A DNA stretch of 50,822 nt from an uncultured Bacillales bacterium (GCA_946625285.1 CAMOSZ010000007.1:1-50822); one strand, 5' to 3'; shown: positions 25,452 to 34,030, counted from the first letter of the stretch. Numbers and translations: made by a program. The notes: generated by a model from the letters alone, not told the origin.

Positions 25452-27240
25452 TTTATCGACCTTTTTACATATCATCCATGACTGTCAGAAGGATGAGTTA
25501 AAACTTAGTGGCCAAACAATAATCGGTCAACTTTTAGCCATCCAAAAAGCAGACATCTATGGCGATGAAAAACTAAAAGGCATTTACACAGGTGCTCGCC
25601 CTATTGTTCCTTCCGATATAGATTCATACACTAAAAAAGATAGAACTGCTGAGTTTAAAGGATTCTTTTTGAAAATCCTAAACGACAATAAAAAGGATTA
25701 TCTTTTCTCTAAATTTGAAATTGACCCTGAAGATAAAGAAGATTTTGATTTAATGTGCGAAGCATTAGCCACACAATATCAAAACTTCACAAGATATGGT
25801 GACTACGTCAACACCACCGTTAAATCGATTTATGAATCAATATTAGATAGTCACTTAAAGGAGACCGGCGATAAAGCAAACATCGATGCTGTTGTAGCTG
25901 CAACAAGATTATTTTATTCCTGCGTTGAAGCAGCATTAAGCATTAAGCTTGATGGTTCGCTTTTTGAAGCTAGAACTCCTATAGAAACATTCTTAAGAAA
26001 TATCTATGACGTTTTTAATGCCTTCAATGTTAGATGCAACCACGTAGGCAGATTAGCGTACAAACGTGTCAGGGATGATTTCTTCAAGAAAAACAGCAAA
26101 ATATCAGAGTATTTAAAAATGGTATCTGAACCTGGATCACTCCCAGTTGAATTAGAAAACCAAGTCACCGTTTTTCTTTGGAATTGTACTGAAGGCGAGG
26201 AACAATATTTCTTAGCTGGTAATTTCGACTACGATTTGGAATACAACAGAGAAGCTTTGATGGCAGGAATGAAAAAGTACATCCCTGCTGAAATACCAGA
26301 AATACCGTTCAGTGAATATTTAAATATTCATCTTAAAGGCGATAATAAGTGTCTTATTTCAGATTTTAAATATTTAATTAATGATGTTTATTTGTTACTA
26401 AAAACTATGCAAGCAGAATTTAAAGCAAGCAAAGAATGTGAAGATATTAATGCCAAAATCTTCGAATGTATAAAAAAGATTAATGGTGTTCAATTATCAC
26501 TGGTAACCGATGGAACTTATTATCCTAAAGAAGGCAAGCTTAAATATGCTGTAACAATGGAGATGTTCCAGTCTTTGGGTGATGGCAGAATAATCAAAAC
26601 CGGAGATGATTTGTTTACAGTAACTAATCTAAAACATGTTTATTCTGATTCTTTCGTGAATATGCTAGGTAACTTCATAGCTATGTTAATGGTTATATTG
26701 ACCATCAAGCATGAACCAAAAGAAGGCGAGGTTACCCCCACTTCTCAACTAGAAGATGAGTGCGGAACTCCAATAATGACGGAAATTGTTACACTTAACA
26801 CCAACAAAAAATGCCGCTATTTCATGTTCCCACCAACATGTAAGGCTAAAACTTATAGAAAAGTAAGAGAAATCGCATCACTAGCAGAGTCCGATGAAAT
26901 GCTGGGCTTCTTATATGGGCAGCTTGTCACTACTACCGCACCAACACTCGAGAATTTAATGAAAACTTCTGAAGAGAGGATGAAAAGCGGAACGGACTAT
27001 TTATGTGCTTATGGTTATTGGAATAAAAAACTATATCAGATTGTTATTCCTATGGAATATATAAAAAATTCAAGCTTCGATATGAAAACAGGTGAACCTC
27101 ATTTCGACGAAAGAGTATGGGACTGGTTTAAAAGACCAGAGCCAATTAAAGAAGAAAATGTATATTTCCTAAAGCCGCTATTTGATGCGATACACGAAAA
27201 CGAGGACAAAGGATTAACAATCGATTATCTTAAGGACTAA
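25435..27240 (+). CDS. large orphan protein B (601 aa), paralogue of A
   Basis: The ATG lies 17 nt inside the end of gene A, with AAGGAAG upstream. Blocks shared with A: F[DE]ID.E.K....L.C.A.A.Q[FY].NF.[KR]YGD; F[KN]AF..RC[DN]H.G; Y[IL]KM.SEPGSLP; DGTYYP; RK[IV]R..A.LA. Confidence 0.85.
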   Translation: MMSKTNLSTFLHIIHDCQKDELKLSGQTIIGQLLAIQKADIYGDEKLKGIYTGARPIVPSDIDSYTKKDRTAEFKGFFLKILNDNKKDYLFSKFEIDPEDKEDFDLMCEALATQYQNFTRYGDYVNTTVKSIYESILDSHLKETGDKANIDAVVAATRLFYSCVEAALSIKLDGSLFEARTPIETFLRNIYDVFNAFNVRCNHVGRLAYKRVRDDFFKKNSKISEYLKMVSEPGSLPVELENQVTVFLWNCTEGEEQYFLAGNFDYDLEYNREALMAGMKKYIPAEIPEIPFSEYLNIHLKGDNKCLISDFKYLINDVYLLLKTMQAEFKASKECEDINAKIFECIKKINGVQLSLVTDGTYYPKEGKLKYAVTMEMFQSLGDGRIIKTGDDLFTVTNLKHVYSDSFVNMLGNFIAMLMVILTIKHEPKEGEVTPTSQLEDECGTPIMTEIVTLNTNKKCRYFMFPPTCKAKTYRKVREIASLAESDEMLGFLYGQLVTTTAPTLENLMKTSEERMKSGTDYLCAYGYWNKKLYQIVIPMEYIKNSSFDMKTGEPHFDERVWDWFKRPEPIKEENVYFLKPLFDAIHENEDKGLTIDYLKD

Positions 27241-27275
27241 AAAACCAGCTAGCGAAATAACTAACTGGTCTTTTT
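27241..27275. terminator. bidirectional rho-independent terminator between convergent genes
   Basis: AAAA-ACCAGCTAG-cgaaataa-CTAACTGGT-cTTTTT: 9-bp stem with one mismatch, flanked by A and T runs. Confidence 0.7.
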
Positions 27276-28668
27276 ATTCATTAATGATTTCTATGATATA
27301 TGACTTCTTTAACCAGAAGCATTGTTTTGTATATTCAGTCACTCCTGTAAGCTTATCAGGAACAGGGAGCGGATTGGTATCTGCACCAGTTAAACCGTGT
27401 GGTCTGATATGAATATATGGATTCGAAGCGGATTTCGGGAAGTTGTTTAGTCGAGTCGTTTTACCGTTTTTATCAGTTTTAAATCCCCTAACGATATTAC
27501 CAGATAATAGCACCGCTTTTAATTTTTCAAATACTTTGCGGCCATCGTTATCTAATATCTCTTCAGGAATGGACCAAAACTTAACTTTAGAGAATTGATA
27601 TTTGCCATTAATCTTTTTAAAGATTACAAACATGAATTTTCTATTAATCATCATTTCGCGGAAGTCACTATCTTCCCATTCTTGATTAGCGACATCTAAA
27701 AAGCTAAAAGCAGGGAATGACATATTCTGTTCAATGTTTCCATTTTCTTCCACTCTTATTGTTTTGCAGATGATATTAGCTTTCACGAATTCATCGGCGT
27801 CATTGATGATTCCTTTAATACCGAGCATTTTAGCGGCATAGCGTTCAAATCTGTTCTTTGGTTCTTCTTCACCAGCGATTAGATTCTTAAAGTAGTCTTC
27901 ATCCTTACCAACATAGTAGCTCATGCGGTCAGTGATAACTTCTTCTATAGTTTTGGTCTTTAATTCTTCATAATCGACAACACTTTCGATTTCACCATTA
28001 GAAAAAAGTCTACGGAGAACGCCAGTCATATAAGCTGGTTTAAGAGCAAACTTTCTAGGCTTTAAATCAACACCATAATGGGCAGTAGCAGCTGAATCAA
28101 CTTTGCCGTGACCTGCTCCTGCTGTACAAGCTTCTAAATAATTAGTATCTCTTTGAGATATTGTATTGGCTTTGCCGCTTTTAATTTTATTTTGTAATAA
28201 GTTATAGTCGCTTTTAATGACTTCAATATCAGCAGGCGTAAATGTGTGATAGAAACCTGAATCCAAAGTCATCTCGCCATAGGTTTTACCATCAAGATAT
28301 TCATATAAAGCAATAAGTAATTGTTGGCATTTATGCCACATATCGCTATCTTCGAACTTCTGATTCTCGACTTTTTGGTAATTAAAAGTATTTAATGGGA
28401 GTCTTTCTTTAAATGAGAGACCATTTCTTGTTTTGTTATAACCTGTAGTTTTTAACTCAACACCCAAATTAGCAAAATCAGCTTCTGGTCTAGAATTGAC
28501 TGAATAATGAAAAACACCCTCTTCCACTATTTTGCCTAGAGCACCTTTATCGTTTCTTGCTTCGCCAGTAAGACGGTGATTAACATCAAGCTCGTTAAAG
28601 GTATGACCGCATCCGGTCTTAAGTTGGTCTAGTAATTCTTGTATAGAGTTATATACAGGTTCGCTCAT
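27274..28668 (-). CDS. Sau3AI/MutH-family type II restriction endonuclease (probable GATC specificity)
   Basis: 464 aa. NDKGALGKIVEE, GVELKTT (E.K), SFKERLPLNTFNY, ALKPAYMTGVLRR, IHIRPHG and QCFWLKKSYI are collinear with my recollection of Sau3AI. Two-domain size as in Sau3AI. Confidence 0.8.
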   Translation of the reverse strand: MSEPVYNSIQELLDQLKTGCGHTFNELDVNHRLTGEARNDKGALGKIVEEGVFHYSVNSRPEADFANLGVELKTTGYNKTRNGLSFKERLPLNTFNYQKVENQKFEDSDMWHKCQQLLIALYEYLDGKTYGEMTLDSGFYHTFTPADIEVIKSDYNLLQNKIKSGKANTISQRDTNYLEACTAGAGHGKVDSAATAHYGVDLKPRKFALKPAYMTGVLRRLFSNGEIESVVDYEELKTKTIEEVITDRMSYYVGKDEDYFKNLIAGEEEPKNRFERYAAKMLGIKGIINDADEFVKANIICKTIRVEENGNIEQNMSFPAFSFLDVANQEWEDSDFREMMINRKFMFVIFKKINGKYQFSKVKFWSIPEEILDNDGRKVFEKLKAVLLSGNIVRGFKTDKNGKTTRLNNFPKSASNPYIHIRPHGLTGADTNPLPVPDKLTGVTEYTKQCFWLKKSYIIEIINE

Positions 28669-28757
28669 GAAATAATCATATCAAACCACATAATTCTTTT
28701 ACAGCACGCATTTACGCACGTATATAACAATAAATTATCTAAAGAATTTATTTGATC

Positions 28758-28786
28758 TTTACATTTTTTCCTTGATCCTGTATTAT
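28758..28786 (+). promoter_or_regulatory. sigma-A-type promoter TTTACA-N17-TATTAT for the C5 methyltransferase, flanked by and containing GATC sites
   Basis: Near-consensus hexamers with 17-nt spacing. GATC at 28754..28757 abuts the -35 and GATC at 28774..28777 lies in the spacer. No SD before ATG 28808. Confidence 0.55.
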
Positions 28787-28807
28787 CTTTAGTGTAGACT
28801 TAAGCAT

Positions 28808-30061
28808 ATGAAGAAGACTGTTATTGAATTATTCGCAGGTGTTGGTGGGTTCAGAGTTGGACTCAATAACATCACCGCTGTTGGGGAAGATGGTAGAGCC
28901 ATAGAAAAAGGTCCATGGAAATTCGTATGGGCCAATCAATGGGAACCATCAACTAAAACACAACATGCTTTCGATTGTTATAACATGCGTTTCCCACATG
29001 CTGTTGATAATTCAAATATCGATATCTCCAAAGTGGATAAAGCAAGCATACCTGACCACACGCTACTCACAGGCGGATTCCCATGTCAGGACTATTCAGT
29101 TGCTCATACCCTTTCAAAGTCTCATGGTATTGAAGGCAAAAAAGGTGTCCTTTGGTGGCAAATTAATGAAATCTTGCAGGTTAAAAGACCACCATTTGTT
29201 TTACTAGAGAATGTTGATCGTTTAGTCAAATCACCAGCAAGGCAAAGAGGACGTGACTTTGGTATCATGCTCCGCTGCTTATCCGAAGCTGGATATGCGA
29301 TGGAATGGAGAATCATTAATGCAGCAGATTATGGTCATCCACAAAGACGTAGAAGAATTTTCTTATTTGCCTTCCATAATAGCACCAAGCACTATAAAGA
29401 AATGGCGGCTTTAACCCCTGCTCAAATCATCTCTAAAAAAGGTGTATTTGCTAAAGAATTCCCAATCGAATCATTCGATGAAAACAAGATAAAAGTATTT
29501 GATTTTGTAGAAAAATATGGGGATTTAGTAGAGGTTTCCGATAAATTTAAAGCAGAATTCGAGAATGCAGGATTCATGATTGGTAATAAGGTTTATACCG
29601 TTAAAACTAAACCAATTGAAGAAGCTCCTATCACTCTCGGACAGATAGCAGAAAAAGACGGAGTTGATGCCCACTACTTCTTAAATGAAAACCAACGCAA
29701 GAAATATGAATATCTACGTGGTTCTAAGAAGATTCCAAGAGTCGATAAAAATGGATTTGAATACATGTACTCAGAGGGTGCAATGAGTCCTTATGATGAG
29801 CTAGATTTACCAGCAAGAACCATGCTTACATCCGAGGGAACTACTAATAGAAGTACTCATATCATCATGGACCCAAAAGAGGGTAAATTAAGAATTCTTA
29901 CACCAATCGAGTGTGAACGTATAAATCAATTCCCTGACAACTGGACAAACTCCGGTATGCCCGAGAAGAGAAGATACTTCATGATGGGCAATGCACTAGT
30001 GTGTGGAATTATTAAAAGAATAGGAAATCAAATTAAAAAGATTATAGAAAAAGAGGACTAG
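28808..30061 (+). CDS. DNA (cytosine-5) methyltransferase, partner of the Sau3AI-like endonuclease
   Basis: ELFAGVGGF (I), GGFPCQDYS (IV), LLENV (VI), QRRRRIF (VIII), MMGNALV (X). Confidence 0.93.
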   Translation: MKKTVIELFAGVGGFRVGLNNITAVGEDGRAIEKGPWKFVWANQWEPSTKTQHAFDCYNMRFPHAVDNSNIDISKVDKASIPDHTLLTGGFPCQDYSVAHTLSKSHGIEGKKGVLWWQINEILQVKRPPFVLLENVDRLVKSPARQRGRDFGIMLRCLSEAGYAMEWRIINAADYGHPQRRRRIFLFAFHNSTKHYKEMAALTPAQIISKKGVFAKEFPIESFDENKIKVFDFVEKYGDLVEVSDKFKAEFENAGFMIGNKVYTVKTKPIEEAPITLGQIAEKDGVDAHYFLNENQRKKYEYLRGSKKIPRVDKNGFEYMYSEGAMSPYDELDLPARTMLTSEGTTNRSTHIIMDPKEGKLRILTPIECERINQFPDNWTNSGMPEKRRYFMMGNALVCGIIKRIGNQIKKIIEKED

Positions 30062-30086
30062 TAAACAACGCTAATCCTCTTGTTTT

Positions 30087-30539
30087 TTATTCTGTGAAGC
30101 TTTTTTCTATCCATAAAAGCCATTTTTTTACAGTTTGATATCTTCTTTCATAGAGTTCATCGCTGTATTGTGGGTATTCTGTTTTGATTATGTCTATGAC
30201 TTCTTCCTTTTCCAATTTGACTCCATATACTTTTTCTGTAACATAGACTGTTCCAAATACTTTATCGGACATCAATAACCTTATAAGTTCTATTCTTTGC
30301 TTCGTTGGAGAAAGGTTTCTAACATAACATCCCACCTCAGTGAAATGCTTATCTTTAGAAATAAGCCCTAAATACATCGCCGCAGAAAGATAGTACATCA
30401 CTTGTCTATCGGTGACATTTTCCAAAACAAAGCTAATGTACTTCTTATCACTTAGTTTAGATTCGTCAGGAATATTAATTAGTGATATTACCTTTTCAAA
30501 ATCATCGGCTTGAGGGAATGGTATATCATTTCTTTCCAT
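30087..30539 (-). CDS. hypothetical 150-aa protein, third gene of the DGQHR operon (possible winged-helix)
   Basis: Start overlaps the Dam-family gene end by 14 nt. The RQVMYYLSAAMYLGLI helix pattern is suggestive of a DNA-binding fold only. Confidence 0.6.
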   Translation of the reverse strand: MERNDIPFPQADDFEKVISLINIPDESKLSDKKYISFVLENVTDRQVMYYLSAAMYLGLISKDKHFTEVGCYVRNLSPTKQRIELIRLLMSDKVFGTVYVTEKVYGVKLEKEEVIDIIKTEYPQYSDELYERRYQTVKKWLLWIEKSFTE

Positions 30540-31365
30540 AAATTAGAACCTCTCTTACTGTTCTACGCCCACTATTATTACCGCTAATATTTCTATGGAC
30601 ATCTAAATAATTAAATTTATATTTTGTTTTTGGGAATATTTCATTAACAAAAGCTGTGGAGTTATTGCTAATTATAACAATCGCTCCTTTTTCAATCAGC
30701 GAATCACAAAGATTTTCTAGTCGTTGTAAATCTTCCCTTGAAAAACCAGTGCTTGTGTATGATGTGAAGCCGGATGGCTCATAATCATATGGCGGATCTA
30801 AATATACATAGTCACCTTTTTTGGCACCTGAAACTGCATCAATAAAGTCGCAATTAAGAATCTCAACACCAGGTTTATTTAAATAAGCTGATATTTGTCT
30901 AATTTTCTCTTCACAAACTATTTCATGTTTTCCACTAGTAGTTCTGCCTAATGGCACATTAAAGAAACCTTTAGAGTTAACTCTATACAAGCCATTAAAA
31001 CATGTTCTATTTAAATAAATAATTCTTGCTGCCTTTTTCAAAGGGGACATCTTTTTATAAGAAGGTAATCTATCTAAATCACGAATTTGGTAAAAGTAAT
31101 CATGAGAGTGCTTTTTATCATGTTCTTTTAACAGTTTTATAAGCTCTTCTGGATTATCGCGAATTTGGATATAAACGTTATATAATTCTGGATTTAAATC
31201 GTTTATTGTAACATTCGGACATTCTAAAGCAAAAGTTAATGAGCCGCCACCGAAGAATGGCTCAAATAACCTATGCTTCTTAAGTTCTTCTATATCTATT
31301 AATTGAATGATATTAGAGACAAGCTTTCTTTTTCCACCTGCCCACTTTAATACTGGTTCCATCAT
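30526..31365 (-). CDS. Dam-family (D12 class, alpha) N6-adenine DNA methyltransferase
   Basis: LKWAGGKRKL, EPFFGGGSLTF (motif I), VYLDPPYDYE (motif IV). TAATG overlap with the upstream gene. Confidence 0.9.
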   Translation of the reverse strand: MMEPVLKWAGGKRKLVSNIIQLIDIEELKKHRLFEPFFGGGSLTFALECPNVTINDLNPELYNVYIQIRDNPEELIKLLKEHDKKHSHDYFYQIRDLDRLPSYKKMSPLKKAARIIYLNRTCFNGLYRVNSKGFFNVPLGRTTSGKHEIVCEEKIRQISAYLNKPGVEILNCDFIDAVSGAKKGDYVYLDPPYDYEPSGFTSYTSTGFSREDLQRLENLCDSLIEKGAIVIISNNSTAFVNEIFPKTKYKFNYLDVHRNISGNNSGRRTVREVLIYGKK

Positions 31366-33626
31366 TATTGATTTTCAATTAGCCAATCATACACATCTTT
31401 AATCTTTTTAAATTCAGATCTTGTGATTTGCTTTCCGTTATTGATTCTAGACTCAGAATAAGACATGGATTTTAACCAATCTAGAGTTTCGGCCCTATTC
31501 TTTTGGTCGTTTGGATTAACTAAGACATCCTTTAAGAATGTTGTCCAGTTTGTTTTATAACAAGCTATTTTACAAACATCGTCAAATCCTATCATTTCCC
31601 AGAATTCAATGTCCCTATCAACACCATTTCTAGAGTTTTTGACTTTTAAACTGGCAATATCTCTACTTACTCTAAGAGCCAAATCCTCAGGTATATATTC
31701 ATTTTGCCAATTTGCATTTTCAACAAATTTTTCTTTTATACTATCGATAATCTTTTGTTTGATTTTTGAAACGAACTCGGAAGCTTCAGGATTATAATCC
31801 ACGCAATACTCATTGATATATTTTTCCAAATCTTCATTGGTGAATTCACTATTATTGTGATTAAAGGCAACCTGCAATGCTCTCCAAGATGTTTCTTTAG
31901 CACTACCACCTTTTGCGGTTTTAATTTCATTTCTTCTTTCAATTGGTAAATTATTTATTGTATCTGCCAAGGAAACAATCCAATCTTCACATTTATTCCA
32001 TAAATCATCAACATCGTAAATGACAGAAGGAAGATTGTATTTTTTAATAACCAAATCAACAATATCGCCAATTACTCTTATAACCGCTACCATCATGTTA
32101 TTTATTGTTAAATAGCCGGCAGAGCCTTTTTCCCATTCTTCTTGGCAGAACTGTTCAATAGTATCTAAACACTTCTTTAGGAATGGATAAATAACATCCG
32201 CTGTTTCTCTGCTTTCAGTTCTATCTAAAACACCATGCTCGGATATTTCGTTCTTTTTATATTTATTAAAGAAGGAGGTCTTTTCAATGGCGTTCTTTAA
32301 ATATTCAATAGTAATGCAACGTCTATCTGTAACTGTATTCTCACCAGTAACAACTCTGCCGTATAGAGGAGAGTCTTTGTCTTCACCTAATTTTTGACAA
32401 ATATGAAGAATTACAGCTTCTTTTCTCTTTGCTAGTTCAGGTGAGTCCCAATTAAGGTCAATAATTAAAGTATTTCTAAGTGATTTAGAAACAGCTTTTT
32501 GATTTTCATTAATATCCATGAACATTCTTACTTGTTCATCTTTGTCCATATTAACAAAAGCTACTACTGGGACCGTGTTTGATGATGCAAATCTAGATTC
32601 TGAGTATCCGTATAATCTATGTTGACCATCAATAACATATGCAGATTGATACTCTTTTGGTAAATGCAATATACCAATTCTAGAAACAGAAGAGGTGTTT
32701 TGTGATGCCAAATCGAATTGAAGGCCCCTCTTTGCATCAATAGAAATAATTAATGAGTTAGGGAAATATCCGCCGTTGTTAACGAACTCTCTAATCTTTT
32801 TAAGTCTGTCCTTTTTGATTAATCTTTGGTAGGTAGGCATTAAATCGTGATTCGCGTTTGTTCTATGTAAAATGTAAGAAATCTTTAATAAACGTTCTGG
32901 CTCAATCAAAAAAGCATAATATGTGTATCCGCCCATTTTGCCTTCAATAGCAGGAATCTTTTCATCCATTCCTTTGATTGTTTGGTGAGCAAATAAACTA
33001 CCTAGTAATTGGTATCTTGCCGCACTGCCAAGATGATCTACCAAAGCTTTATAGTAGCTTACTGTTTCATCGTCAAAATAAGCAATTTTAGCATTGGCTA
33101 AACGGTCTCTATCTTGAGAACCAAGAACATAGTTCTTTGTGGCAAATATATACTTAAATTTACGTCCTGGATATTCCTTGCTAATTTCTCTAACGAGTCC
33201 TTTATATTTACTTTCCATCTCAGCTATTTCTTGAAGCCAAGATTTATTACGCTCGAATTTTTCAGTTTCCTTGCATTCAATGAATAAGCAGGTTTCATCA
33301 TCAATGGCAATGACATCTAATTGTTTTGTTAAATCTGGGTATTCCTCTGAATATGATAATTTAAAATGCCTATCAGCATTCATGACAGTAAAGCCCATTT
33401 TATAGAAAATCATCCATACTTCATCTTCGAAAGCATCACCGATTTTCTTTGGCTGCATCATTAAAGCGGAGCCATTTTTATATGTTTTTTTAACAACCCA
33501 TCCCTGAGATTCTTTAGTTTGAATAAGTGCCGCATCAAATTTTTCTTCAACACCATCTTTGCTTCTAATTGCCGCTGCAGCTGCCAAAGCTTCACCACTA
33601 GCTAAATGTTCCCAGTTCGTTGCCAT
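31365..33626 (-). CDS. Mrr-cat-like PD-(D/E)XK nuclease domain fused to a DGQHR (DndB/ParB-like) domain, with a long helical C-terminal region
   Basis: FEDEVWMIFYKMGF...QLDVIAIDDETCLFIECK (Mrr_cat-like D..E.K), then AYVIDGQHRLYGY (DGQHR motif). ATG 33626 preferred (GGAGG 6 nt upstream); the track start 33632 abuts the SD. Confidence 0.8.
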   Translation of the reverse strand: MATNWEHLASGEALAAAAAIRSKDGVEEKFDAALIQTKESQGWVVKKTYKNGSALMMQPKKIGDAFEDEVWMIFYKMGFTVMNADRHFKLSYSEEYPDLTKQLDVIAIDDETCLFIECKETEKFERNKSWLQEIAEMESKYKGLVREISKEYPGRKFKYIFATKNYVLGSQDRDRLANAKIAYFDDETVSYYKALVDHLGSAARYQLLGSLFAHQTIKGMDEKIPAIEGKMGGYTYYAFLIEPERLLKISYILHRTNANHDLMPTYQRLIKKDRLKKIREFVNNGGYFPNSLIISIDAKRGLQFDLASQNTSSVSRIGILHLPKEYQSAYVIDGQHRLYGYSESRFASSNTVPVVAFVNMDKDEQVRMFMDINENQKAVSKSLRNTLIIDLNWDSPELAKRKEAVILHICQKLGEDKDSPLYGRVVTGENTVTDRRCITIEYLKNAIEKTSFFNKYKKNEISEHGVLDRTESRETADVIYPFLKKCLDTIEQFCQEEWEKGSAGYLTINNMMVAVIRVIGDIVDLVIKKYNLPSVIYDVDDLWNKCEDWIVSLADTINNLPIERRNEIKTAKGGSAKETSWRALQVAFNHNNSEFTNEDLEKYINEYCVDYNPEASEFVSKIKQKIIDSIKEKFVENANWQNEYIPEDLALRVSRDIASLKVKNSRNGVDRDIEFWEMIGFDDVCKIACYKTNWTTFLKDVLVNPNDQKNRAETLDWLKSMSYSESRINNGKQITRSEFKKIKDVYDWLIENQ

Positions 33627-33750
33627 AAACATCCTCCGCTATATATTTTATGTTTATAAACTTTAAGCATTATATCACAAATATAACGCTTCTTCACTAT
33701 AGTTATATCTTTTCGGCGACGAATACGGGATTCCAACCAAAAAATATAAG

Positions 33751-33800
33751 TAGAGCAAGGTTGTTTCTAAATAGCGCAAAGTTATTACAAATAGAGCAAG
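33751..33800. repeat. three direct repeats TAGAGCAAG / TAGCGCAAA / TAGAGCAAG spaced 21 and 20 bp apart
   Basis: Start positions 33751, 33772 and 33792, each preceded by AA[AG]. 120-170 nt upstream of the DGQHR operon start and about 140 nt from the tRNA 3' end. Confidence 0.5.
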
Positions 33801-33892
33801 ATTAATAGCATGCCCGTTAAAAAAGGCTAAAATATGGGTCAATATCTAACACACAATGTGTGGTAATATCGCAAAAAGTATCGATGTAATCA

Positions 33893-33925
33893 AATAAAAA
33901 GGACTGATACGGTTTGTATCAATCC
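33893..33925 (-). terminator. rho-independent terminator downstream of tRNA-Thr
   Basis: Minus-strand RNA GGAUUGAUAC-AAACC-GUAUCAGUCC (10 bp, one G-U) followed by UUUUUAUUU, 13 nt after the CCA end. Confidence 0.75.
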
Positions 33926-33938
33926 TGTTCATGCTAGA

Positions 33939-34012
33939 TGGTGCCTCCTGGCGGAATCGGACCACCAATAGATCCTTACCATGGATCCGTTATACCACTT
34001 AACTAAGGAGGC
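33939..34012 (-). tRNA. tRNA-Thr (anticodon GGU), CCA encoded
   Basis: Hand-folded 74 nt: GCCTCCT TA GTTA AGTGGTA TAAC G GATCC ATGGTAA GGATC TATT GGTGG TCCGATT CCGCC AGGAGGC A CCA. All four stems pair. The T-loop has C instead of U at position 55. Confidence 0.85.
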
Positions 34013-34030
34013 ATTTAGTCAGCGTAGTAA

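Noticed and set aside
30062-30086. Possible terminator AAACAA-N11-TTGTTT-TTT between the convergent C5-MTase and 150-aa genes
   Set aside because: The stem is 6 bp and almost purely A/T, too weak to call.
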